A stretch of 64,000 nt of DNA from Xylographa opegraphella (lineage: Eukaryota): the NCBI GenBank assembly GCA_022813865.1, contig JALDZX010000013.1, forward strand, positions 1 to 64,000, given 5' to 3'. This document shows, one piece after another, positions 13,201 through 26,756 of the stretch. Within the stretch, counting starts at the first letter, position 1; each line of letters starts with the position of its first letter. Under the pieces are notes generated by a model that saw only the letters and a program-made list of their open reading frames with translations, had not been told where the DNA came from and did not search any database. The position numbers and the translations under genes were made by a program.

Positions 13201-16200
13201 CCTGGCCCCCTTCGTGTTAGAAGTGCTATATGTTTTGCACCTTTAGCAGCCATGAAGAGTCCGATCTCTAATCCTAAGCCGCCCAAGCCGCCGACTATAA
13301 TATAGGTAGCATCACTGCGAAGCTCGGTAGGAGCAGGTAGTGCTGGGATCATGTTCACAGTTGTACTCTCGTGGGCTTCCAATACCACCTTCCCAATCTG
13401 CTTTCCTGACTGGAGGAGCCGGAAAGCATCCGAGATGTTAGACATCTCCATTGTCACAATAGGCTGGACTGGTACCAGATTTCCGGCTTCTAACATTGAC
13501 ATGATTGCTCCTATACGTTTAACATTCGTCTCGGGACGAAGCTTGGACACGGCAGCGAGATCAACTGAAGTGAACGTAATACCTTTGTCGAATTGTTCCA
13601 TGCTGATCGAGCTCTTTAGATATATATCCGCTTTTCCAATTTCCACAAACCAACCAAAGGGACTTACGCACGCCCAGCTGTCGTGTAGCAACTCTCCGGA
13701 GAGTGAGTTCAGAACAACATCGACTCCAAGCCCTCCAGTCAAACGAAGAACGCCCTGTTTGAATGTACCTAATCGACTCGAGAATATATGATCCTCGGGG
13801 ATGCCGAATGTTTCCATGAGGAATTGCCTCTTCGATGCACTTCCAACGGTGGCGAAGATTTCCGCACCAACGTATTGTGCGAGTCGGAGCGCAGCCTGTC
13901 CAACACCACCAGCTGCAGCGTGAATCAAAACTGTCTGGCCTTTCTTAAGATTCGCAAGCTCTATGAGTCCATAATAAGCCGTTACAAAAACAACAGGTAT
14001 CGACGCTCCTAGAGAGAAGGACATATAGTCAGGAAGCAGATATGTATTATACCCATGGAAACGAGCATTACTGGCATAAGGAGTTCCGCACCAACCACAC
14101 ACGCGATCACCGATCTTGTACTTATCTTGGAAACCAGAACCAACCCCAACTACTACTCCAGCACACTCCCCGACCATAGGTATGGATGCATCCATTCGGC
14201 CCAAAGCTACGATGACGTCTTTAAAGTTCACGCCGCAGGCCATGACCTTGATCTCGATTTCATGTGTACCAAGAGGTTTCTGTGCTAGAGTGTCTTCGAC
14301 GAAATGTATGCTATCTACCAGCCCAGGTGTTTCGACATATAGCTTAAGGGGATAATTTTTTTGGTGGAAAAGACCCTTTTCGGGATCTGGTGTACTGGTA
14401 ACCCGCTTTATGATTGAGTTTATCTTGTCATCTGGCATCAGCCGCGGGATCAAAAGGCTTCCATTACAGTATGAGTATTCGAGTTCCTCAGGGCCATCTG
14501 TCTCACTAGCCATGAACGAAGTGTGCATCACATCTGAAATTCGGCGAATAATATCCGGAAAGTCGCTGGCAATGTCCTGGTGGATGTTGAATGTCACGAG
14601 TCTGAGGTCGTTGTTCTCCAGTCGGGCGCTTCGAGCTAGACCAGTCACTATTCCGTATTCATGATTTCCTTTTGATAGAGGTTCGTGAGCCAGAGTGATC
14701 CATAGAACCTTTGACCTGGCTGATAGAATTCTTGTAATCCCTCGAAATCGCGCCGAGGAAGGGCTTGAGAGCAGGGGATGATACATATCATCTAGTATTA
14801 CATAGACAATGTTTTCAGTCAATGTGTTCAATGGCAGCTCCGCTGTTGAGACAAGCCAGTCCCGGCTGCTGAAACTATCTATCAGATGCCTGGAAAATGT
14901 AAAATGCTGCGCAGTAGAGTCAGGAGCAGAGAGTATTGTAATTGGAGTATTCGAGGGGGTTTTTGTCTTCATAGTTATTGCTCGAGATACTATAAAAGTA
15001 ACGATTTGTGCTGGTCCATCGTGGTCATTTGCAGCAAAGTCAACGCCACCGAAACTACCGTGCAGAAGCGCAGTGCTCCATTGTTCTAATGACAGAATCG
15101 GGGAGTCTTTGCGTCCATCATTTGACCCTAATCAAGCAGTCAGAATGAATTGTCTTGGCGAAAAGACAGATGATTTTCTTACCACAATACCAGCCGGGAA
15201 GCACACCGTAGAGCATATTCACAAATGGAGGATCTTTGGTAGATTCAATCAAAAAGAGTCTTCCGCCTGGCTTTAGGAGTTTTCTAGCATTGGCGACGGC
15301 ATTGCTTATAGAGTTGGTGACATGAAGGGAATTAGAAGCAATGACCAAATCGTAAGTACCAGCGGTGAAGCCTTGTTCCACGGGATCCCGCCCAATATCT
15401 AATGCTTGATAATGAATCAACGATTCCCACCTTTGTAGTAGCACCCGTGCACGCTCGAAGAATCCAGCTGATACGTCAGTAAAGTCGTAGCGCTTCAACA
15501 ATAGTTTTTCACCCTGGCTAAAGCCCTCAAGAAGTGGCCGTGTCGCCCCGCCTGTGCCAGCGCCGATTTCCAACACCACCATATTTGGCTCTTTGAAGAC
15601 TAGACTCTGGATGTAGTCATTCATGTGCTGATAACATGCATTAAATGCGTCATTGGAGTACGCGCGATAGAGCAGGTCGCCCTCAAGCATAAGCGCTAAT
15701 GGATCTGATTCGCCAGTGACGATAGAAGCCAAGTTAGGACCAAGTCGTTGAATTCCCTGCCCTTCCACGCCGGCATACTGCATTTGTTGGATGCAATGCT
15801 CAATATTCATTCCATCCATCTCTGCCATAATGCTTTTAAAGCGCTCGGAGCTCTGATACCGTTTCATCCAGCTGAAATACTCTTTCTGTTTGTCTTGCAC
15901 GCAATCTTCTTCGGTCTGATCAAGGCAACAATTGATATAATATGTTGCGAGTTGGTTAAGAAGGTGAAATTTGTCATCCGGCAACAATTCGCCATTCGCG
16001 ATTGGTATGGTAGACTTGTTAGAAGACCGACTACGGAAACTGATATCCTCTTGCCAATTGACACGATAAGTAATACCCTGACTGAGGTACAGCTCATCTG
16101 GATCATTCTTCACGTCAGAGACACCTTGAAGCTCTCCATGGACAATCTGAAGCACGAGCTCGTTTCCGGTTTCGATGTTGTTCTGGAATGCGGAGATATC

Positions 16201-19200
16201 TACAGTAGCCGAAGAAGATCCTCGATACGTAACGCCTGTAGCGAAGTTTAGACTCTCACCTGGCGTATTAATTATGGTGGCGGAGATTGAAAGTTCTCCT
16301 ATTCCGATAGTGAAAATCGAGCCGGCGGTAGAGTGCTGGGCGAACACTGGCAGACAAGTATGAATGAGGGCATCCAAAGTGGCGGGATGAATCAAATGAG
16401 GCTGTATGAAACCAGAGGGCATAGAGGTAGCAATATTCGGTATCTTTACACGCCCCGTAGCGTCACGGTTGCTCAACTTGAACTCACTAATGGTCGCAAA
16501 GTTAGGCCCGTAGAAGTTCCCCTTAGATCGTAAGTCTTCGTATAATCGGTGAGGTTCGATCTTCCGATACTGCTCCGATCGGGTTAGGTGCAGTCGCTGT
16601 TCCTGAGCCATAGCCGCGAAACTCTGTTCACGCTCACGAGATGTCACAAAGTCATCCGCTGGTGGAGTCATTTCAGCCATGATCAAGCCTTGGCAGTGCA
16701 CAAGCCATGTTCCGTCTGAAGAAAATGATGATACACGGAAGCTTTCCCAGAACGAGGCCGTCCAGTCTTTTGTGCTCTTAGTGCCTTTTAGGCTGAGTTG
16801 TAGCTCAATACTCTGGGAAGCTTCTGGGATCACCAACGCTTTGGCAAAGCTCACATCTTTGATGACATACCTGCGAATAACTCCATGTATTTGTCGTTCT
16901 CCGGTGACTTGGATTCTAGCTTCGATGGCCATGGCAATGAAGCCCGAGGCAGGAAATACCGGGTAGCTATCAACAATGTGCTCTTGTAGCCAAGGAAGAC
17001 TCTCAGTGGTGACAATATGCCGCCACACTGGTTCGTGTGGAGGTGTGCCAACTACTCGTAGCCCTAGTAAGTCATGATAAGGATGTAAACGCAGACGGTA
17101 ATCCTTGCTCAAACGGGACTCATGCCAATATGTTGTAGAATGATCCCAAGGATATGGAGATAGATCAGTGATAAGTTTTGGCTGTTGACGAAGGTCCGAC
17201 AGTGCATTAGCGCTTCCAAGATTTACGGCGTAACCTCGCTCAAAAAGCTTTCCAGTCGATTCGAGAACGGTCTGTAAAGCGTTCCGGTACCTTATCAGAC
17301 TAGGGATATAGAGGGATTGCATCGACTCTGGGCATATTGTCGTAACTATTTGCCGTATAGGTCCAGCAAGAGCATGATGAGGACCGATCTCGACAAAAAG
17401 AACTGTACCTATACCTTTGACCGAGTAAGGATTCTGCGTAAGATGGCCACAAATGCTAGATAGTGCGTCGTAGAAGCGAACCTTTGATACTAGATTTCTC
17501 ACCCAATATGAAGGACCGAAGCCGGTAGTCTTTTCCTCTCCAGTCACCGAAGAAAAAAACTTGACCGAAGTTCGGGGTTGGTCAAATTGCAAGTCTTCTA
17601 AGGCACTAAGGTAGGAGTCGGCTACTATTTCCATGTGATGGGAGTGATAGGCCGTATCAACCTTGAGCCTTGTCGCCAGCACTGAGGACTCTCCAAGTAT
17701 TCCCTCCAATTCAACAATAGCACCTTCATCCCCAGAGATAGTCGTACTAGTCAGGCTATTAGCACACGCAATCGCAACTCTTCCTGTTTGTAGGCAAGAA
17801 ATATATTGCAATACATCTTTCTCCCCAAGACCAACGGCTAGCATTGCACCACGAGCCTTTAACAACTTCTTACATCGCTTTGCTAAGAAGCTTCTGTGGT
17901 ACGATACCTTGAGTGCAGAATCTTTACTTAAAGCTGATGCAGCATACGCTGCTCCTATCTCTCCACTGGAGTGCCCTACGACGATATCAGGTGAGACAGC
18001 TAAACTGGCGTAAAGGTCTACTAGCGCAATCTGAATTGCTGTTGTCGCTGGTTGGCCTATTTCGCTTTCCCCAACTCGACTTGAGGCTTCATCCAGTAGC
18101 AGCTCGTCGAGCAAGCTCCATGATGTTCCGAGTTCTTGTAAAATTCTGCCAGAATCCAGGAGAGACTTTCTGAATACCGTTGAAGTTGCTATAAGCTCTC
18201 TACCCATAGCGTACCACTGTGCTCCCTGACCAGTAAATACGAAGGTCACCAGGCAGTGACTAGATGCTCGGCTGGTCCTTGGCTTGATATTCAATGAAGA
18301 CAACAGGTCTTGACGTGTAGCAGCAACAAAAGTATGCCGCCACGACAGGATCGATCGACGTGTCGCCAGAGTGAACGACAAGTCTCTTATACAAGTGTCG
18401 TAGCCATCATGACTGGAAGCCCATTGGCGTAAATCATCTAATGCTTTCAACAAAGATTTCTCGGACTTAGCAGTCACGGGGAAAAGTCGGCTGTTCAGGG
18501 TCGTCTCCGAGATTTGCTTTTGCTCCTCACGAGTTAGTTCAGTACTGAGTATAGTGACACTGCCATTGCTTGGTCCCAATCGATCGGTCTTCGGAAAAGC
18601 TGTATCTGGCTTGCAAATTTGGCATAAGCAGTGCTGCTGGCACTTCGAACGATGGTGGTCGTGGGGAATATCTTGTGAATCGCCAAGTCCAGCATCATTT
18701 CTATAGTATCTCTCGGTCGTATCTTGGCTGCTGTGCGGACCCGGGCTGTTTTGTGGGGTTTTATTGTATAAAATATGCTGGTTAGCATAGCCACATTGGT
18801 CCCCATGATACCCGTTAGTCGGCGCTGGGGCATTCGGACCGTTGCTGGTAGTCCTGCCATTGATATCACGCTCTGAGCTCGCTAGATAGATTGGATGGAC
18901 AGCCTCTAGAATCGCATGTGCATTCGTGCCACCGTATCCAAAAGAATTCTGTAGGAGAGGTAATTGTCAGAATTCGCACTTGGAATGGGGTGACTAATGT
19001 ATGATTCATCCATACCACGCTAGCTCGTCGTATCTCCGCTTTGGGCCAGGGCTCGAGTTTTCGGGGGATCTGGGATAAGGTATTCAGTCAAATTACCAAG
19101 TTATTCAACGACTTGCCAGATATTCTAGACCTACTTTGATGTTCCGTTGGGCCAGGAACAGTCTGTCTTTCTCGACATCTAGGTTAGGATTGGCTGGAAT

Positions 19201-20386
19201 GTATCCTTTTTCCAGAGCTAAAATAACTTTGACTAGACCCGCGATACCGCTAGAACTTTCAAGATGGCCAATGTTCGATTTGATGGAGCCAACGTACAAG
19301 GGGACGTCGCGCCTGTGGCTGGTTCGGAACACGCTATTGATAGCATCGATCTCAGCAACATCTCCAACAACTGTACCAGTCCCGTGGGCCTCGATGTATC
19401 CAGTGTCCAGTGGGTCCAGATGGGCAGCCCGATAGACTGAGTGAATGAGGTTTTGTTGTGCGTCTCCGCTCGGCATAGTGATACCTGCAGTCTTGCCATC
19501 CTGACCCACGCCAGTGTTCAAAATGACTGAACGTATATTGTCGCCCGCTTTCAAAGCATCATCGAATCGCTTAAGCACGACGAGAGCTACGCCCTCTCCG
19601 CGTCCATATCCTGAGCCTCGAGAATCGAACGAGTAGCATTTCCCATCGTCGTTAAGTATACTAGACGAGACGAGATATCAGTTCAATACCCAGGTACGAA
19701 TGATACGCTAGCCAGGACACCCACCGGAGCAGGCTCATTGGGATCATGATGTCGGGATTCAAGATCAGGTTCGTCCCACCAGCAAGCGCAATGTCAGATT
19801 CCTTAGAGCGCAAACTCTGACAGGCCTGGTGCAAAGCTACCAAACTGCCAGAGCAGGCAGTATCGAGAGTTATTGATGGTCCTTTCAGATCGAAGACGTA
19901 AGATATTCGATTCGAGAGAATGGCCTGCCCGATCCCCGTAAGAAGATAGTTCGGCAAGAATTGAGGATCCTTAAGCATCATGGTTTCATAATCGTGGGTA
20001 AAGGTCGCAATATACACTCCTGTGTTCGAGCCTTGAACCTTTTCAAGTGGTATGCCTGCATTCTCGAAAGCCTCATATGCTATTTCAAGCAGAATTCGTT
20101 GCTTCGGGTCCATAGCATTTGCTTCATTTGGTGGGATTCCGAAAAATCGCGCATCAAAAGCAGCAATATCTTGATCAATGAAGTGGCCACCCCGATGACT
20201 GTACGTTCCTTGCATATCATGGTTTGGATGGTGAAAAGAGCTCCATTTGAACCGCGCTGGGGGAACATCGGTCCAGGCATTTCGGCCTTCTGATAGCAAC
20301 TGCCAGAGCTTCTCGGGATTATCTGCACCACCAGGGAGACGACAACCAATGCCGACAACGGCGATAGGAACTGGTGGTTCACCCAT
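10229..20386 (-). CDS. Highly reducing iterative type I PKS with C-terminal carnitine O-acyltransferase-like domain (KS-AT-DH-cMT-ER-KR-ACP-cAT)
   Basis: KS DTACSGS, HGTGT, GHLE, NSFGYGGTNAH; AT GHSSG, AYHSHHM; DH HIVDSYPVFP, DALIH; MT LEIGAGTGG, NSLHVT; ER LIHAAAGGVG; KR GGLGGLG, NYAAGN; ACP GLDSL; cAT LPKQPLPEL, NRWYDKSLQF, CEHSLLDG, ETVSMAHFRNGR. ORFs join through GT-AG introns; last exon RVHFSIWG...LLFV*. Confidence 0.93.
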
Positions 20387-21198
20387 CGCTCTGACGAAAT
20401 GATCTGGCTTTACTGATTGAGTCCATAAGGAAATGCAACGATGGAGAAGAGAGGCGGGCAGGTACCCCAGCGAAGGCTGCAATGCAATATTCTAGTGTGC
20501 TGCGATACGTGCACCGAGGCCCAAATAGCGATCCGGGCCTGGCTAAATCCATCTAGTGCCTGCATGGGAGAACAGGACACGCCATCCTACACGATCCTCC
20601 CTCGTCTGAGACGAGTCATAAATTGTATCGGGCCAGCACTCTACTATAGTTGCGATCTTCATGTATGCAGCGAGAGTCCGAGAAATCCGCAAGGCTCGGA
20701 GCTGTGCAAAGCAACAAGGATTTCGAAGGAAATGATTCTAACCAAAGGTAATCAATTCGGACGAAGATCTTGGCATACGGGAATGAGGCCAGCACCTTTG
20801 TCTTCCCCTCAATCTGTGAGTCTATCTCCGACTGCTCGGACTAATGCATGTTTAGAATACATGCCACCGGGGTACATGCAAACAGACATGATTAAATTAA
20901 CCTGCTGCTTCGTCAATCTGACTTGAACTTACATGTACATACGCATCTAAGATGAGCGCTGTGGTGAAATATAACAGGTTCCAAGTGGCATAGTCCCAAC
21001 TTTCCGGACTACCCAGCATTACGAGCTCTTCAAGCTTGATTGTTTACTAATAGTTAACAATAACAGAGTATCATATAGCCGACATTCGTTCCAGCTAGCC
21101 GGTTTCTAGCAGCTTGATATCAAGACCTCTAAAATTCCGGCTCTCCTCCCCTTCCTCTTGAAACGAGATTCCATTCGCTTCAAACTTTGTATAACGTT

Positions 21199-22359
21199 CT
21201 ATACTAAAGGCTCTTCATCGCCTTCAGTGTGGTACAATATGGCTGATGGTCCTTTGATACTAGCGTTGTAAGTACTGGTACTTTCCAAGGGCTGGAGTAT
21301 AATGTCTGTGCCTCCTCGAGTAGAAGCTATCTTTTTGGTACTCGAGTCTTTGGTTTTGCGCAGTGAGCTGAATTGACCCTTCTTTCGAGCGTAAAGATAC
21401 AAAGGTCGAAGGCCGGGTAAGCAAGCCGCGACCAAATAACACCCACTTTCTATTGTTCCAACAACCCCAAGCTTTGTGCTTGTCCAAGTGAGATCGTCGA
21501 GGTCTTCTAGCTGGAAGAAACTATCAATACGTATGATTGCCGCAACTGTGCCTCTATTTTCCGAAAGATTATCAGTTGAGCCCATCTTTGCACAAGGCGT
21601 TTTGGAAAAGACAAATCTTACACTATTGCAGTCGAAAAAGTTAACAAAAGACCGACTTTGTCCTTCCTAGGGAGATTGAGGCGCCAAATTACAGGAATTG
21701 GAAGTACCAGCATGGCAGCATCAATCAAAAGGTCTGGAAAGGTACTCCAACGCCACCACCCAGTGATGTCGAAGCAGTGTCCTTGGACGGTTTGATCCCA
21801 GAACATACTCAGGGGTATGCACGTCGTTAATGTCAATATGATGGCCAAGCACTCATAGAAAATAATAATCCCGAGGATAGTATAGCAGGCAATCCGAAAT
21901 GGCCTCTGGGTGAAAATACGTAGATATAGGGCGAGGAGCACCAACCTCGGCAATGTGACAGCGACTCCATATGCCAATTCGAAGACGATGGACATTTTGG
22001 CAAAAAGAACCAGCTTGGAGGGATCCGTCGCAAGAAATGCAGCAGAATGGCGCCCCAGACCAGCATATTTCACCATTGCTGTTATGCTATCAGCTCAGTG
22101 CGCTGCTCAGTCTAACCATACCCAGAGATTTTTTACCAATAATAATGGCACATACGAAGATGGCAGCAAAGTATGCCGGTATGAGGAGTAGATCGTCCCA
22201 GCCCGATCGAGTATTGGTCACTCGTCGGGCATAAAATCGCAGAGATATTGCGACAGTGTCTATGATTATGAATGCAATGGCAGCCGCAAGAGTCTGGTCT
22301 CCAATGTACGCTTCCAAATACGAGGGAGGCAAGTCCATGGTGGAGGACGACGCCGACAT
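21199..22359 (-). CDS. Fungal rhodopsin-domain / PTH11-like integral membrane protein (3 exons)
   Basis: AISLRFYARR...GWDDLLLIPA, YAGLGRH, LYLRIF, CIPLSMFWD...GHC, DAAMLVLPIPVIWRLNLPRKDK, IESGCYLVAACLPGLRPL. Confidence 0.87.
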
Positions 22360-22506
22360 GGTGACCAGCCAGCTCTACAAAAAGGATGAATAGTTGGCAG
22401 TTCCAGGCGTCCGCAAACCCATTGCCGTCTGGAAGCCCACCCTTATACCTGTAAGACGGGTGACATTGACTTGGTCCCGCTCTCGCTTCCAATACGGATT
22501 ATACCA

Positions 22507-22978
22507 GACGGAAAAAGCAAAATGGTTGCTTATCCTAGTCGGTGTATGGATGGGAAAACTGCTTCAGGAAGCCGCTCATGCTCGTCCGATAAGCAGCAGG
22601 AATGATTGTTACCCTTTGAATGGCATCGTGCGACGCACCGTACTTAGCTTTAGATCGACCTTGGGCACCCGATGTATCTGCATGTGTATATGCGCAAGAA
22701 ATTGATTGGTTGGCAGCGACAGGCATCCGCGAATTATCGGATCATAGTAAACCGGAAGAGCAAGATGGTTGCTTATCGTAGTCATGATCTGAAACCAGCT
22801 ACTTCGGCGTATGGATGGGAAAACTGCTTCAACAAACCGCTCACGCTCGTCCGATAAGTAGTAGGAATAAATGTTATCCTTTGAATGGCAATTTCCGACG
22901 CACCGCAGTCAGCTCCAGACCGACCTCGGCCTCCCAATGTAAGTAAATAATACAAATATGTGTCTGTATGTGCATGAA
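22507..22978. repeat. Diverged direct repeat of about 190 bp (copy 1 about 22507-22697, copy 2 about 22750-22978) in a divergent promoter
   Basis: Shared colinear blocks ATGGTTGCTTATC, GTATGGATGGGAAAACTGCTTCA, GCTCGTCCGATAAG, TTTGAATGGCA, CGACGCACCG, with small indels. Confidence 0.85.
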
Positions 22979-23519
22979 TGAGGGAGGGTCACTGAGACGA
23001 AAGCACAGATAGAATGGTCAATCGTGATCCACACGGGTGAATTTACCTGCACCTATGAGGCAGCGATCGAGGCTGTAGTCTGACTTGCATTATACATGCC
23101 AGGGCGCTGTCCAATGATTTCAAGCCTCACATACCTGGACATAGCATGATCCATATCTGCGCGTAGGTATGTTGTACAGCTGACCCCCACAGAGACGGGA
23201 ACAGGGTCTTAACTCCCCTCTGAAGCCGAATTTACTTAATCTGTGGCAGCTCCATATGCAGCCACGGAGCTGTAACCTTGACTTGGAAGGTAAGACTCCT
23301 GCATGTCGTTACTATTACGAAGCGTGCCGGGCTTGGATCGCTTACAGCTATGGGAGCTGGGGGCAATGCAGCTTTGACTTTTGGGCCAGCTCTTGGTCGA
23401 AGCGGGAGGCACTTGGAGAAGGAGATATTCGATACCTTCACGTCTGAGCATTACCATTATCGCCGTCTCATACTCCCAGAGTATGAAGTAGGCTGTTCAG
23501 CTGTATGCTACGCGGCTAA

Positions 23520-25318
23520 ATGGGGACCTCGAGCAACAATCCGCATGATATTCGAGATCTAACAGCCGAGAAGCAAGACTGCGAAGGAGCAGCAAGCGCA
23601 GGGCCGCGGGAAAATCATGGCACTGATTTGCGCGGCATCGAATTGGTCTTGTTTACTATTACGCTGATGCTGGGACAATTTCTTACGGGAATCGATGGGA
23701 CCGTCATCAGTATGTACATCGCACTACTCATCGAGTCTACCGGATATCTCATGAAACATTGCAGTCACGGCAATTCCCAAGATCACGGCCGAATTCAACA
23801 GCTTGGAAGACGTTGGCTGGTATGGAAGCGCATATTTGCTTACCACCATGGCTCTTCAGCCGACGTTCGGCAAAGTGTATGCATACTTCGACATCAAGCG
23901 CACCTTCGTGGTTTCGGTGTTGATGTTTGAGATCGGCTCGATCATCTGTGCCGCTGCTCCTAGCTCAAAAGCTTTCATTCTAGGGAGAGCAGTGGCGGGG
24001 GTAGGCCAAGCTGCCATGCTGGCAGGTGCAATGACCGTGATCGGGTTCCGAATCCCGCTGGAAAAGAGAGCCATATACTTTGCGATCCTGTCCATCATGA
24101 ATGGCGTGGCGTCCGTGGTGGGACCAGCTCTCGGAGGAATCTTCACCGATAGTGAGAAGTTGACATGGCGATTCTGCTTCTGGATCAATGTACGTAAGTA
24201 AGGGTTCTTGTGGTAATAGTGGGACTCTCTCACACGAAATAGCTTTGGGCGCCATTGTGATCATAATAGGCTGGTTTTGCTTCGAAAATCCCAATCAGCC
24301 ACCACCCAATTTGAAACTCAAGGACAAACTTTTGAAGATGGACCTTATTGGGGCTTTCTTATTCATCACCAGCATGACATGCCTCTTCATTGCCTTGCAG
24401 CGAGGTGGGACTCAATACCTATGGTCGAACGTTGCAGCTTGGGGTTGGCTTCTGGGTTTTGCTCTGACTATGATGAGCTTTGCTGCCCTACAGATTAGGC
24501 TTCAGGACAAGTATGATCACTCATCCGGCGCTTCTGTATGCATAACCACTAACGACATCATAAGTGCGTCTATTCCCCCTCGAATTCTTTGCCAAAGATA
24601 TATAGCCGCGTGCTGCATCTACATCTGCCTGGTCTCAATCGGTTTCAGCACGCACACATACTACCTCCCCTTCTACTTCCAAAGCGTAAAGGGGGTCAGT
24701 GCCGAGAACTCCGGTGTTCACATGATCGCTTACCTAGCCTCACTGATGGTCTCGGGGTTGGGCGCAGGCGGCTTGATGATGGTTGTCGGCTACTGCATCC
24801 CATTCCTCTGGGCCGGAGCCGTCATATTCGCCGTCGGGTCCGGGCTTCTCACCACGCTGAACATCGACAGCTCTACCGCCACCTGGGTCGGGTACCAATT
24901 CCTTGCCGGCACCGGTTTTGGCTCCACCATCAACATCGCCGCGGTTGCCATCCAGGTCGGCCTCCCGCCAGAAGACCTCTCCACTGGCAATGGCTTGATG
25001 TTGTTTAGCAACTTCCTGGGCGGAGCATTGGGCGTCAGTATCGCGCAGAACATATTTTCGAACGTCCTTGAACAGCGCTTGGGACAGCTGGGACCTAGCG
25101 TCGATCCACACGCCGTGCTTTTGGCAGGCGCAACCGCCATCCCGTCCGCGGTGCCGGCGGCCCTGGTGGACGGGGTGCGGGAAGCCTATGCTTATGCTAT
25201 TTCCCGGACGTTTATGCTTCCAGCCGCAGGAGCGAGTATCGCTTTCTTTATGACGTTCGGCGTCAGGTGGGTGAATATCAAAGCGCCGAAATCAAAGAGT
25301 CCGATAAGTGAAACGTAA
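23520..25318 (+). CDS. MFS drug:H+ antiporter (14-TM, AflT/GliA-like efflux pump), multi-exon
   Basis: IDGTVIS|TAIPKITAEFNSLEDVGWYGSAYLLT, QPTFGKVY, FILGRAVAGVG, GPALGGIFTD, WRFCFWIN, YYLPFYFQSVKG. Confidence 0.9.
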
Positions 25319-26756
25319 GATTTCTTTTTCTTACTGATCTTTGAACTTCGTCGGCGAAGATCCGAGTCCTGTCGAGCCACGTTGACGAGTTGGAGTCTAT
25401 CTTGCCCCTAAAACATTTGAGCTCAGTGAGGGCCCAGCCTCGCTCGTAACAAGACAATACTCTTAAATGATATACAACTCCTGAAGATCCTCTACACACT
25501 TGGGAAGTCGAAGCCTGCTACCAACTCAGAAAATGCTGCGATGAGGTGATACATCAATAAAGCTTAGGCTAGTGAAGTTTATAGACGGCTTATTTCTGAA
25601 TAGATAATAGAATTGCGGGATGACTGCAATATAGTTACCGACTGCTGCTTCTTTCCTTTCTGCCTTGTAGTCTACAGCTAGCAATTCAATCTGCTTCATC
25701 CAGGCACTACAGTAATAGTCTTTATAATATTGTACCCGACCCGACCCGACCCAAGTATCTGCGTTTCGGACCCGGACCTCCTCCGCCGGCGTTTGCACCA
25801 CGCAGGCGGACCTACGACCGAAAAGTGGCGACCCTCACACGCGTCGCAAGAGCGTAGGTAAAGCGGCGCGCACCCCAGGCCAGGTGGGATGAGGCCGGGG
25901 CAGGTTTCTGTCTTCTTGGCTTGGCCTACCTTAACTTGCATTTGTTATGCACGGATGACTCAGGAATGCGCTCATGCCTTACGTTAACAGATGTACCTTA
26001 AGGTAACCCTTATGTAATGATATCATAATATGAAAAACGCACGAGGCTGATTCAAGATGCAGGACGCCCAAGCCGCTAGGCCCGATTCGTCAGAGTATCC
26101 CGGCACTGTCTGCATTTTTATGGTACTTGGATGACCACGAGGCGATTATATGTCATTGATTTTTCATGCTTTGTTCAATCTTGTGAAGCCTCGACCGGAT
26201 CAGATGAGTATCCGATTCGGTGGCCGGCACCTTCATTTTGAACCGACACTCTCAACCTCTGATTCTAGTTCAGAACCCCGATCAAACCATGAAAATTGCT
26301 GATGAAGGAAGATGAAAAATATACAACTAAATTGCTGTTCTGCTTGTTGCTCTATTGTTCTAGACTCAAGCAGTTGTTCAGTCATACACATGGCATGGTG
26401 AAGAATCGGGCGGTCAACCAGTTCAATGACGGTGGCTTGTCTCCAGTCTCCTTGGCAGCTATTTCCACAAATTACGCAAGTCTTTCTCATCGTTCTGCAT
26501 GCGACCTTCACGCTTCTGTATACTCGAAGTAGCTAGGAGCAATCGACCAGCTTCTACACTTTGACGATTGGTTCTACTGGACAAAGAAATGACCTTCCAA
26601 GGCAGGTTTCGACACATATAAGAACGGCGACTTTGGCACCGCTTTCCAGTTGCCGCCTTCCATCTTCCACTTACTTCAGATCCAACAGCTCTGTAATGGT
26701 ATCATATAGACCAGCTATAAAAGATCCGTACCCGACCACCATTGCAATTCTCCGCA

